A stretch of DNA of 32,000 nt from Candidatus Nitrospira inopinata. GTDB taxonomy: Bacteria > Nitrospirota > Nitrospiria > Nitrospirales > Nitrospiraceae. Numbering within the stretch: the first letter of the stretch is position 1; every line of letters starts with the position of its first letter. The position numbers were made by a program, and so were the translations under genes. Positions 23,251 to 31,982 of this stretch are shown here, one piece after another. Under the pieces are notes generated by a model. That model was given only the letters and a program-made list of their open reading frames with translations, was not told the origin of the DNA and made no database searches. The DNA lies in assembly GCF_001458695.1 (NCBI RefSeq), contig NZ_LN885086.1, forward strand, positions 600,001-632,000, written 5' to 3'.

Positions 23251-24009
23251 TCAGGTTTTCCGAGTCCCCCTCGATCTGACCGGCTTGCTGACCGGCTTGA
23301 GCAACGCACGAGCCGGCGCTCCATCGCCGCCGGCGATTTTCAGAGGGAGGCAGAGCATGTCGTACACACCCGGCCGAACCCCCGATAAATTCAAGCCCTC
23401 GATGATCCACACGCCCCCCTTGAGCAATATCGTATGGATCGCCGCCGTATCCGACTTGTACCCCGCGACAGACAAATAATCAATGCCGACCGTGCGAACT
23501 CCTTGATCCACCAGCCAATGAGCTGCCTCTTCATCGAGCGACACGAAATCCTTTAGAAAGCGATTCGTCTTCCAACATCGCGATGAGTTGCACGTTTTGA
23601 AGAGAAGGCGCTCGCCCCGCCGGACCCGATGCCGACGCAGTTCTTCGACGGTGATGAACGCTGGATTGTTGACAGCGACAACTCGCGCTCGACCAACCCC
23701 CGCATCAACGGGCATCGCATCAATCCCGAGGCCGGTCCGCAGAAAGTGCTGCGGCGCATCCATGTGAGTGCCGGAATGAACCCCCAGCGAGATCGACGTC
23801 ACAGTGCACTCGTCGCCTTTGTTCATGTCCAGGACGCGTCGCACCCGCACCGGCGGATTGCCCGGCCACCGAACCATGCCGTTTCGGAGCGGCACAGTGA
23901 CATCGATCCACGCCCCGGCCGTCTCCCGGCGATACGAACGCGCTGTTTGCCGCTGCCTCACGAACGCTTTCCCTCTCACTCCCTCGCTGCCCGGTGGAGA
24001 ACGACCCAT
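23251..24009 (-). CDS. Cyclase-family (kynurenine-formamidase-fold) metal-dependent hydrolase
   Basis: It has the HSGTHMDAPQHF motif and VGIDYLSV. The stop is 22 nt upstream of the zwf start. The exact start is uncertain. Confidence 0.75.
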   Translation of the reverse strand: MGRSPPGSEGVRGKAFVRQRQTARSYRRETAGAWIDVTVPLRNGMVRWPGNPPVRVRRVLDMNKGDECTVTSISLGVHSGTHMDAPQHFLRTGLGIDAMPVDAGVGRARVVAVNNPAFITVEELRRHRVRRGERLLFKTCNSSRCWKTNRFLKDFVSLDEEAAHWLVDQGVRTVGIDYLSVAGYKSDTAAIHTILLKGGVWIIEGLNLSGVRPGVYDMLCLPLKIAGGDGAPARALLKPVSKPVRSRGTRKT

Positions 24010-24046
24010 GATCGTTTTTGTGCTCCGGCCGCTCCGCGCTCACGGC

Positions 24047-24334
24047 CTATTTGAATTTGGCCACCGCCGCTTCGAGGGCCGATTTGAGTTCGCTCCACGC
24101 GCTTTCGGCGCCGGTTTTAAGAACTTCCCACGCTTCCTCGCTCGCGGCCTTGATCTCGCCGAGCTTCGCCTGCGCCGCATCCCGCTTGGCCTTGAGCGCA
24201 TCGACCTGTTTGAGGTACTCGATCTTGGCGCTCGCCTCCGCCTTGTCGGCCTTGGCCTTGAGCTCGTCGATCTTCGCGCCCCATTCCCGCAATTGCGCTT
24301 CCATTTTTTCGAGATAGGCGTCCTTGAGACTCAT
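24047..24334 (-). CDS. 95-aa all-helical coiled-coil protein, function unknown
   Basis: The product reads MSLKDAYLEKMEAQLREWGAKIDELKAKADKAEASAKIEYLKQVDALKAKRDAAQAKLGEIK.... The SD is AAGGAGG. It has no signal peptide. Confidence 0.7.
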   Translation of the reverse strand: MSLKDAYLEKMEAQLREWGAKIDELKAKADKAEASAKIEYLKQVDALKAKRDAAQAKLGEIKAASEEAWEVLKTGAESAWSELKSALEAAVAKFK

Positions 24335-24386
24335 CGGGGCCCTCCTTTCCTCAGTGCATGGTTATATGAGGTCGGCGATGGTGTGG

Positions 24387-24620
24387 CTACTTCGTCGCTT
24401 CCTCGGCTTTTTCAACGGCCGCTTCCACCTTCTCCTTGACCGCCTCTGTTGCATCCTCGACCTTCTCTTTGGCCTCCTCGATCACTTGACCGGCTTTTTC
24501 CACGGCTTGATCGACCTTCTTTCCGGCTTGTTCAGCCGGCCCTTCTTGTTTGCAGCCGATTCCCACGCTCAACATCGTGACTGCGAGCACCATCGAGAGA
24601 CTCCAACTCAAGCGTGACAT
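24387..24620 (-). CDS. Small lipoprotein with LEA/apolipoprotein-like 11-residue repeats
   Basis: It has a signal and lipobox (MSRLSWSLSMVLAVTMLSVGIGC). Four 11-mers follow: AEQAGKKVDQA / VEKAGQVIEEA / KEKVEDATEAV / KEKVEAAVEKA. An AAGGAGG SD lies 5 nt before ATG 24620. Confidence 0.75.
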   Translation of the reverse strand: MSRLSWSLSMVLAVTMLSVGIGCKQEGPAEQAGKKVDQAVEKAGQVIEEAKEKVEDATEAVKEKVEAAVEKAEEATK

Positions 24621-24755
24621 CACTTCCTCCTTGCGTTTAGTTCATCGGTTCACGCGACTGTGTACCCTCCCACCCCCTCATCATCGTTCCGGGAAATCTC
24701 CGAATCTTTCCGGTACCCCATCGCAGACACCTTGTCCGACCGCACAAGACCGCCA

Positions 24756-26588
24756 CTAGCCCGTCTGTTTTTTCTTTCGGAGCAACCGTGCCAAATTGAC
24801 CCCGCTTGAGATCACGCCGATATGGCTGAACGCTTGAGGATAATTGCCCAGAAACGCGCCGGTCGCAGGATCGATTTCTTCGGGCAGAAGCCCGAGCGCG
24901 CCGGCCCTGGCGCAGAGCGAATCGTACAGTTCCAACGCCTCATCGAGCCGCCCCTGCTTGGCCCAGTTGTCCACGAGCCAGAAACTGCACAAAAGAAAAG
25001 CGCCTTCGTGACCGGCGATGCCGTCGGGCGATTCGTCAGGCAGATAGCGGTAGAGCAATCCCCCTCCCGCGCCCAGTCGTTCCACGATCGCCTTGGTCGT
25101 CGCCACCATTTGAGGATGGTCCGCCGCAACCACCCGTCGAAGCGGCAACGTCAAGAGACTCGCATCCAGTCCGCCTCCGCCCAGATGTTCCGTGAACGAT
25201 CGTCTGCGTTCATCCCACGCTTCCTTCAGAATCGCCTGTCTGATCTCCTCCGCCGTAGCTCGCCATCCATCGACAGGACCGGGCAGTCCAAACCGCTCCG
25301 CCATTCGCACGGCGCGATCCACCGCCACCTGACACAGGGCCGCCGAGTAGGTGAAGGGACGCCCGCTCGTGCGCACTTCCCAAATTCCGTGGTCCGGTGT
25401 TCGCCATTCCTTCCCCGCGGCGTCCGCCAATTTTCGGAGTCGATCCCAGAGCGGGTCGGGAATGGTTCCATGATGCGCGGCCCATTGATAGGCGCAGTCC
25501 AGGATTTCCCCGTAGACGTCGTGTTGATGTTGCGCGGCCGCCGCGTTGCCCCACCGCACCGGCGCGGAACGTCGATAGCCTTCCAACTCGTCGTCCTCCC
25601 GTTCCTCCGGCGGCCTCCGCCCATCGAGGTCATACATCACGCTGGGCCTTCCGTCTCGATCCACCGCGTCCAGCACCCACCCGAGAAATCCGGCCGCTTC
25701 ATGCGACAGGCCGATGCGATGAAGCGCATAGACGGAGAAGGCCGCGTCCCGTACCCAGGCGTAACGATAATCCCAATTGCGGGTTCCGCCGATCAGTTCC
25801 GGCAGCGAAGACGTCGGAGCCGCGACGATGGCGCCGTTCTCGAAATGGTCCAACAACTTGATCGTGATGGCCGAGCGGCGAACCAATGGTTCCTGAGGTC
25901 CGTCATAGTTCAAATGGGCGAGCCAGCGCCGCCAGACCGATTTGGTATCTTCACGCAACCGTTCGGGATCGAACGTTGAGGCCGATGAGCAGGACTGCCT
26001 CCAGTTGAGCAGCAGGTGCGCCGACTGTCCAGCCTTGAGCGTGATCACGGTACGGAGCCCGGCGAGGGGTACGGTGGACGAGAGGTGTAGACAGAGATCG
26101 GGCCTGCCATGGCATCGAATCCGCACCCCTCCGACCCTGGGCTCCGCCTCTGCTCCGCCACGGGGGGCAATCTCAACGGTCATTCGAACCGTACCTTCCG
26201 TCACCGTCACACTGCGCAGCAATTCCCGGCGGGTGACCGAAATATCCTCAGTAAGGTCGGCACCGGCGATCACCGGGCAACAATCCGTCACCCGCAACGT
26301 CCCCTCCCTACAGCGCATTTCCGTCACCAGGATGGGACTGTCCGGCTCATACCACTGAGCTGCTTCGTGCAGCCCGTCCGGCTCGATTCGAAACGCTCCT
26401 CCGCGCGCGTGGTCGAGCAGACCGCAAAAGATCGGCGGTGAATCAAACCGAGGCGCGCACAGCCACGCCACCGTCCCGTCGCGGCCGACGAGCGCGGCGG
26501 TCGCACCGTCGCCGATGAGTCCATGGTCTTCGATGGGCAAATAGCCGTCGATTCGACAGAGCGGCTTGAAGAGAACGTCAGACATCAT
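24756..26588 (-). CDS. GH15 glycoside hydrolase (glucoamylase/trehalase-like)
   Basis: It has the N-terminal signature IEDHGLIGDGATAALVGRDGTVAWLCAPRFDSPPIF and a catalytic (alpha/alpha)6 region (NWDYRYAWVRDAAF, WEVR, FSHIG). The likely start is ATGATG at 26588/26585, which overlaps the upstream stop within ATGATGTCTGA. Confidence 0.85.
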   Translation of the reverse strand: MMSDVLFKPLCRIDGYLPIEDHGLIGDGATAALVGRDGTVAWLCAPRFDSPPIFCGLLDHARGGAFRIEPDGLHEAAQWYEPDSPILVTEMRCREGTLRVTDCCPVIAGADLTEDISVTRRELLRSVTVTEGTVRMTVEIAPRGGAEAEPRVGGVRIRCHGRPDLCLHLSSTVPLAGLRTVITLKAGQSAHLLLNWRQSCSSASTFDPERLREDTKSVWRRWLAHLNYDGPQEPLVRRSAITIKLLDHFENGAIVAAPTSSLPELIGGTRNWDYRYAWVRDAAFSVYALHRIGLSHEAAGFLGWVLDAVDRDGRPSVMYDLDGRRPPEEREDDELEGYRRSAPVRWGNAAAAQHQHDVYGEILDCAYQWAAHHGTIPDPLWDRLRKLADAAGKEWRTPDHGIWEVRTSGRPFTYSAALCQVAVDRAVRMAERFGLPGPVDGWRATAEEIRQAILKEAWDERRRSFTEHLGGGGLDASLLTLPLRRVVAADHPQMVATTKAIVERLGAGGGLLYRYLPDESPDGIAGHEGAFLLCSFWLVDNWAKQGRLDEALELYDSLCARAGALGLLPEEIDPATGAFLGNYPQAFSHIGVISSGVNLARLLRKKKQTG

Positions 26589-27696
26589 CGGCCTCCCGCT
26601 GTTCACGACGTTCCAGACTCATTTTCCACATCTCAACGACCGTGATCCCCACGGCGACGACCATGGGGCCGACCACGATGCCGACCAACCCGAACAGTTG
26701 CAACCCTCCCAACACGGAAAAGAACACCAGCAAGGTGTGGAGGTGCGAACGGCCGCCGACCACGATCGTGCGAATGAGATAATCCATGACCGCGATCACC
26801 GCCCCAAATCCGACCAGGACGAGGGCCTTGCCGTATGTCCCTTGCCAGGCCAGGTAGGCCGCGGCCGGCATCCAGACCAGTCCGGCGCCCACCAGCGGCA
26901 GATAGGCCAGAATGGCCATGATCGTGCCCCAGAGGACGGCCGACGGCAGACCGACCGACCAAAAGGCGATCCCGCCCACCAGCCCTTCCAAGAGCGCGAT
27001 GACCGTATTGCCGTAGACGGTCCCCTTCACCACGTCGTCGAATCGCTTGGCCAACACCTGTTGGCGTTCCGGCTCAATGAGGTTGGTCGAGCGCAGCCAG
27101 TCGATCAGCTTGTCCCCGTCGCGGAAGAAATAAAACGCGCACAGCAAGACGACGGCCAGTTGCACAACCGCATGGAGCGCATGGGTGATGATGCTGGTCA
27201 CCTGCCCCACCAACACCTTGCCCAGCTCAGCCAAATTTTCCGCGAGACTTGCTCGCAGATTTGTCCCCGTCAGCCGCTCCAGATTGGCCACCGCGTCAAG
27301 CGGGGCCGACAAGAACGGATAGTCCCGCCATCCGTCCAGCAACGGCCGGTCTCCTTCGCGCAAAGACACTACCAGGGCTCGATAGGTCTTGGTCACGTCC
27401 TCCGCCACGACCAGCGAGAGATGGACAAGAGGAACAATAATGCCGACGGTCAACATCGCGCACATGACCAGCGCGCTCAAGGCACGGCGGCCGCCGCTGA
27501 TCCTGACCATCCACTTGTAGACGGGGTTCAGCGTGTAACAGAGCACGCCCGCCCACAGGACCGGAGAAAGAAAGGGGCTCAGCAGGACGAGACTCAGCCC
27601 CAAGATGCCGATCGTGAGTCCAATGCGCGCGCCGATACGCACGGCCTGGGCCGTTCGATCGTTCTTGGGCTCCCGAACCGGTTCCGTCATCCCCAT
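26578..27696 (-). CDS. AI-2E family (PerM/UPF0118) transporter
   Basis: The 372-aa polytopic membrane protein has a typical C-terminal GGLQLFGLVGIVVGP segment. Confidence 0.8.
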   Translation of the reverse strand: MGMTEPVREPKNDRTAQAVRIGARIGLTIGILGLSLVLLSPFLSPVLWAGVLCYTLNPVYKWMVRISGGRRALSALVMCAMLTVGIIVPLVHLSLVVAEDVTKTYRALVVSLREGDRPLLDGWRDYPFLSAPLDAVANLERLTGTNLRASLAENLAELGKVLVGQVTSIITHALHAVVQLAVVLLCAFYFFRDGDKLIDWLRSTNLIEPERQQVLAKRFDDVVKGTVYGNTVIALLEGLVGGIAFWSVGLPSAVLWGTIMAILAYLPLVGAGLVWMPAAAYLAWQGTYGKALVLVGFGAVIAVMDYLIRTIVVGGRSHLHTLLVFFSVLGGLQLFGLVGIVVGPMVVAVGITVVEMWKMSLERREQREADDV

Positions 27697-27740
27697 TTAT
27701 CCATCGGCGAGGCTTGTGGGCCAGACTTCCATTCGTCGCC

Positions 27741-28922
27741 TCATGCCGTCGAGGACGTTCGGGGGCGATGGGACCATCCGGTGACATCTCGTTCGACCTT
27801 GCCCGGCAATTCAAGCTCCATCTTGGCGGCCAGCACCCGCAACAGATGATCGCGCGTGATCATCCCCACCAGCCGATCCCCGTCCACAACCGGCACTTGG
27901 TTGATGTCCTGCCCCTCCAGAAGCTGCAGCACCTCCAAGATCGGGCGATCCGGCGACACGACTTGCACCTGGGAGACCGGTGTCATAGCGTCCCCGACCG
28001 AGACCCAGGGCCAACGGTCCTGCGGCACCATCTTGATCTGATGCAGAGTGACCAGCCCCCTGAGCCGATCGCCATCGGCCACCGTAAAGCACCGTTGCCC
28101 GGTTCTGAGCACATGGTCTTGGACCAACTCTGCCAAACTCATCCGTTCTGGCACGATCGGGCAGTCGCGACTCATCACGTCCTCTGCCGCCAACCCACTC
28201 AACACGGACCGGACGCTGACTTGCACGACACTCTCCTGCGCCGCATTCATGAGGAACCAGCCGATGAACGCCAGCCAGAGGCCGCTGAACCAATTGGCGG
28301 TGAAGCCGGTCCAGATGCCGAAGAAAATGAACACATACCCGATCCCCTGCCCGGCGCCCGCCGCAATCCTCGTGGCCCTGGTGAGGCTGCCGGTCACGTG
28401 CCACATGAGCGCGCGAAATATCCGCCCCCCATCGAGCGGAAAGCCCGGCACCAGGTTGAACACCGCGAGCATCACGTTGATCGACGAGAGCCAGTCGGCC
28501 AGCGCCGCGAGGCGTTCAAACTGATCGCCCGCGAGGGTAGCAATGACCCAAAACCCGACCGCCAAGAGGCCGCTCGCGATCGGTCCGGCGATCGCGATTT
28601 GAAATTCCGTCATCGGCCGGTCCGGTTCCCGGCCGATCTGCGCGACGCCGCCGAATACGAAGAGCGTGATCGACCGAACCGGAATCCCCTTCGCCAATGC
28701 GACGAAACTGTGGGCCAGCTCATGGAGAAGAATCGAGACGAAGAACAGCAGGCTCGTGGCGACACCGACCGCGTACTGTTCGGCTACTGTCCAATGGGGA
28801 TGCTGGGCGGAAAACCGAGCGGTGAGCGAAAAGGTGATGAGCACAAAGATGATGAACCACGAATAGTGGATGCCGACGTCGATGCCGCGAATCCTGGTCA
28901 GCTTGACCGACTGGCCGATCAT
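27741..28922 (-). CDS. Site-2 (M50) metalloprotease with tandem CBS domains
   Basis: It has the HELAHSFVA zinc motif, FNLVPGFPLDGGR, and two CBS-like repeats in the C-terminal roughly 130 aa. The SD is GGGAGG. Confidence 0.85.
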   Translation of the reverse strand: MIGQSVKLTRIRGIDVGIHYSWFIIFVLITFSLTARFSAQHPHWTVAEQYAVGVATSLLFFVSILLHELAHSFVALAKGIPVRSITLFVFGGVAQIGREPDRPMTEFQIAIAGPIASGLLAVGFWVIATLAGDQFERLAALADWLSSINVMLAVFNLVPGFPLDGGRIFRALMWHVTGSLTRATRIAAGAGQGIGYVFIFFGIWTGFTANWFSGLWLAFIGWFLMNAAQESVVQVSVRSVLSGLAAEDVMSRDCPIVPERMSLAELVQDHVLRTGQRCFTVADGDRLRGLVTLHQIKMVPQDRWPWVSVGDAMTPVSQVQVVSPDRPILEVLQLLEGQDINQVPVVDGDRLVGMITRDHLLRVLAAKMELELPGKVERDVTGWSHRPRTSSTA

Positions 28923-28950
28923 GGTTCACCTCCCTGTTCCTCATCCCTGA

Positions 28951-28967
28951 ATCGGCCCGTGGCCGAT
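28951..28967. other. Perfect 7-bp/3-nt-loop hairpin in the cydB to S2P spacer
   Basis: The sequence is atcggcc-cgt-ggccgat. No U-run follows on the mRNA strand, so it is not a classical terminator. Confidence 0.6.
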
Positions 28968-28994
28968 CACACACCTGTTCCACGCGCTATCGAT

Positions 28995-30047
28995 TCAGTA
29001 GTGCTCTTCGAGTGGCAACCGTTCCACTTTCCCCGCGAAGCTCGCGTAGACCCATGTCGTGTAGACGATGACCAACGTGATCCCGACCCCGAACCAGGCG
29101 AGACTCACTTGCAATCCATAGGGTGAGGCCGCACTGTTGAGAATCGTCAAACTGTGCGATGGATCTCCCGTCGCAATGAGCAGATTGGGGAAGAGCCCCC
29201 AGGCAAGACTGACCAGCCCCACCAGGATGAACAGGCTCCAGCTCACAAAGACCAGGCTATCCCGCCCAGACTGGCGGCCGTACCATGCGGTCAAGAGCAC
29301 GGAGGCGGCGATCAGCGGCAAGACGGTCCCAAACGGATGGGCGGCGTAGCTCTCCCACAGGGCCGGCTGGACGAAGGGCAGCGCCGCGGTCGCCGCGATC
29401 CCCAGCAACAGCACGATCCACTGCCCGATCTCGGCGAACCGGCGTGCCCGAACGTTGACCGGGCCGTCCGTCTTGGTCACCAGGTAATTCGCCCCGTGGA
29501 CCGTGAGAATCGCGACGGAGAGCAATCCCATCAGTACCGTGAACCAATCTAAAATGCCGGGGCTGTCATCTGGCAAAAATGTCGTCCAGAAGGCGGCGAA
29601 GAAATACCCGTCAGGACCGAGCGGCACGCCGCGAACGAGATTGCCCAAGGCGACGCCGAAGACAAACGCCAATAGCACGCCCGTCACCGCGAAGATCGCG
29701 TCCCACAGCGATCGCCAGAGGGGGTTCTCCAGATGCGACCGCAATCCGATCGCCAACCCCCGCATGATCAGGCACCAGAGGACCAGATTGAGCGCCAGAT
29801 AAAACCCGCTGAACGCCGCCGAAAAGGCCGTGGGGAAGGCAAGAAACAACAGGCCTCCCCCCGACACCAACCAAACCTCATTGCCCTTCCATACCGGGCC
29901 GATGGCCTTCATGGCCAACCGTCGTTCCTCGTCCGTCCTGGCGACGAACAGGTAGAGAGCGCCCACGCCGAAATCGAACCCGTCTAAGACCGCGTAGACG
30001 GCGAACACCAGGGCGATGATCGCAAACCACAGTTCATCGAGCGACAT
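28995..30047 (-). CDS. cydB: Cytochrome bd ubiquinol oxidase subunit II
   Basis: The product reads MSLDELWFAIIALVFAVYAVLDGFDFGVG.... ATG 30047 overlaps the cydA stop (30034-30036) by 14 nt. The track start at 30104 lies inside cydA. Confidence 0.9.
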   Translation of the reverse strand: MSLDELWFAIIALVFAVYAVLDGFDFGVGALYLFVARTDEERRLAMKAIGPVWKGNEVWLVSGGGLLFLAFPTAFSAAFSGFYLALNLVLWCLIMRGLAIGLRSHLENPLWRSLWDAIFAVTGVLLAFVFGVALGNLVRGVPLGPDGYFFAAFWTTFLPDDSPGILDWFTVLMGLLSVAILTVHGANYLVTKTDGPVNVRARRFAEIGQWIVLLLGIAATAALPFVQPALWESYAAHPFGTVLPLIAASVLLTAWYGRQSGRDSLVFVSWSLFILVGLVSLAWGLFPNLLIATGDPSHSLTILNSAASPYGLQVSLAWFGVGITLVIVYTTWVYASFAGKVERLPLEEHY

Positions 30048-31437
30048 ACATTCCTTCTTCGCGTAAACCGGCCTTTCCGGAAGAAGCCCGTGAGGCGTCG
30101 ACACCGCCGGGACCTCGCGAGATCGTCTCGAAGAACAAAAACAGAAACAGGAGCCCGATCAGCAGATAGAGACCGAGATACCCCAGCAACGTGAACAGAA
30201 CATTACCCGACCCCACCAGCGGCGAGTTGCCGTCGGCCGTTCGCAACAGGCCATACACGAGCCAGGGTTGCCGTCCCAATTCGGCGGTCATCCAGCCGGC
30301 GGTCGTCGCGATATAGGGAAACGGCGCGAACAACATGAGCGTCCACAACATCCACCTCGCCTGAAACAGCCGTCCCCGCAGGAGCAGCAGCAGCGCCGTC
30401 ACCATCACCGGAATGAAGATCGTCCCCAACCCGACCATGATGTGATAGGTGTAGTAGAGCAACGGCATGGTGTCCGGCCATTCGTCACGGGGAAAATCGG
30501 TCAGCCCTTTGATCTCCGCGCCGAAGTGCTTATAGATGATGAAGCTGAGCATCTTGGGGAGCACGAGGGGATTGTCGATCGTGAGCGTATCCATGTTGGG
30601 CTGGCCCATCAGCACCAGATCGGCTCCGGCTTCCGTATAGAAGTGACCTTCAAACGCGGCGCCCTTGATCGGCTGATGCTCGAACACCTGCAAGGCCGCG
30701 TGGTGGCCGGTTGGAAACAACATCAGACTGCTCGCCATCGCCCCGGCCACGACGCCGGTTTTGAGAAACGTCTTCGCCGCGTCGACGTGAATCCCAGACA
30801 ACAGATAATAGGCGCCCACCGCCGCCATCACGAACGATCCGGTCACCACCGCGGCCGTCATCGTGTGGGCGTACTGCCAGACGATCCAGGGATTGGTCAG
30901 GAGCCCCCGGAGACTTGCGACGTGCACCGACCCCTCCGGATCGACCACGTAGGCTACCGGATGTTGCATCCATGCGTTCGTCGCGATAATGAAATAGCCA
31001 GAGAGCCACGAGCCCACGAACAACATCAACGTCGTCAGCCACAGGACAAAGGGGCTGAACATCTTGCGCCCATACAACAGAATCCCCAGGAACGTCGATT
31101 CGAGGAAAAACGCGAAGAGGCCCTCCATCGCCAACGTCTGGCCGATGACGCCGCCGGCGAACCGGGAGAACTTAGCCCAGTTCATGCCAAACTGAAACTC
31201 CAAGGGAATGCCGGTGACGACGCCGAACGCGAAGCTTAAGGCGAAGATCTTCGTCCAGAAATGGGCAACGTCATCGTAGTGAGGATCGCGCAACCAATAG
31301 GCTCGGCTCTTGAGATACAGGATCAAGGCCGCCAACCCCATTGTCAGTTGGGGAAAGAGGTAGTGGAACGTCGCCGTGACGGCGAACTGCAACCGATCGT
31401 AGAACAACGCGCTGTTCAAGGTGACCGTTTCGTCCAT
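30034..31437 (-). CDS. cydA: Cytochrome bd ubiquinol oxidase subunit I
   Basis: The 467-aa product reads LQFAVTATFHYLFPQLTMGLA, then a Q-loop region, then GWMTAELGRQPW. Confidence 0.9.
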   Translation of the reverse strand: MDETVTLNSALFYDRLQFAVTATFHYLFPQLTMGLAALILYLKSRAYWLRDPHYDDVAHFWTKIFALSFAFGVVTGIPLEFQFGMNWAKFSRFAGGVIGQTLAMEGLFAFFLESTFLGILLYGRKMFSPFVLWLTTLMLFVGSWLSGYFIIATNAWMQHPVAYVVDPEGSVHVASLRGLLTNPWIVWQYAHTMTAAVVTGSFVMAAVGAYYLLSGIHVDAAKTFLKTGVVAGAMASSLMLFPTGHHAALQVFEHQPIKGAAFEGHFYTEAGADLVLMGQPNMDTLTIDNPLVLPKMLSFIIYKHFGAEIKGLTDFPRDEWPDTMPLLYYTYHIMVGLGTIFIPVMVTALLLLLRGRLFQARWMLWTLMLFAPFPYIATTAGWMTAELGRQPWLVYGLLRTADGNSPLVGSGNVLFTLLGYLGLYLLIGLLFLFLFFETISRGPGGVDASRASSGKAGLREEGMYVAR

Positions 31438-31567
31438 GGGACCTCTGGGACCTCGCTTGCGGTTGACGGATCGTTGCTCTTGCCTCCCTTGCGACGGGAT
31501 GCCTTCTCATAAGCAAACAGAAGACTCTCGTCTCACGCCGCGCGGCTGCATGTCGGCTCTTGTTTTC

Positions 31568-31596
31568 ACTATATGGTGAAGCTGGCGTCACTGCAA
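31568..31596 (-). promoter_or_regulatory. Candidate cydAB promoter whose -10 lies inside an inverted repeat
   Basis: The minus strand reads TTGCAG (31596-31591), a 17-nt spacer, then TATAGT (31573-31568). The inverted repeat TTCAC-N6-GTGAA (31565-31580) overlaps the -10. It is about 130 nt upstream of the cydA ATG. Confidence 0.3.
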
Positions 31597-31745
31597 CCCC
31601 GATTCGGCTCGATCGGATACGGCGGTTTACTTTCGCAAGGCAAGCGCTTGCTCGACATGGTCGCTGAAAGATTGCGCTCATCCAACAACGGCGGCGTCCG
31701 ATTGGAGTCTGCTCTGACGTCTGGTTTTCTTTTCCAATTCGCCGC

Positions 31746-31982
31746 TCATCCGAAGCGATCCGATCTGGCCCGCCAGGCCGCCCACAATAAATAGAGAAAC
31801 CCCATCACCCCCAGCAGCTCCAGAATATGAACCAGGTGCCACCCCTCCGTAAGTTCGACCTCCAGCATCACCAGCGCCGCCGTCGCCACAAGAAACACCA
31901 CGATGTGGCGCCTGGGCATGCCGAGCATTTCCCGGAGCAAGGCGCCCATCCACGTCGGCTTGTGCCCCAACTGTTCAGCCAT
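31746..31982 (-). CDS. Hypothetical 78-aa two-TM membrane protein
   Basis: Third-position GC is high and the SD is GGAGAGGGG. Hydrophobic segments are HIVVFLVATAALVMLEV and ILELLGVMGFLYLLWAAW. I recognise no family. Confidence 0.45.
   Translation of the reverse strand: MAEQLGHKPTWMGALLREMLGMPRRHIVVFLVATAALVMLEVELTEGWHLVHILELLGVMGFLYLLWAAWRARSDRFG

Noticed and set aside
31565-31580. Rex operator upstream of cydA
   Set aside because: The Rex consensus as I recall it is TTGTGAA-N6-TTCACAA. Here the pentamers are in the opposite order (TTCAC-N6-GTGAA), so I report it only as an unassigned palindrome.
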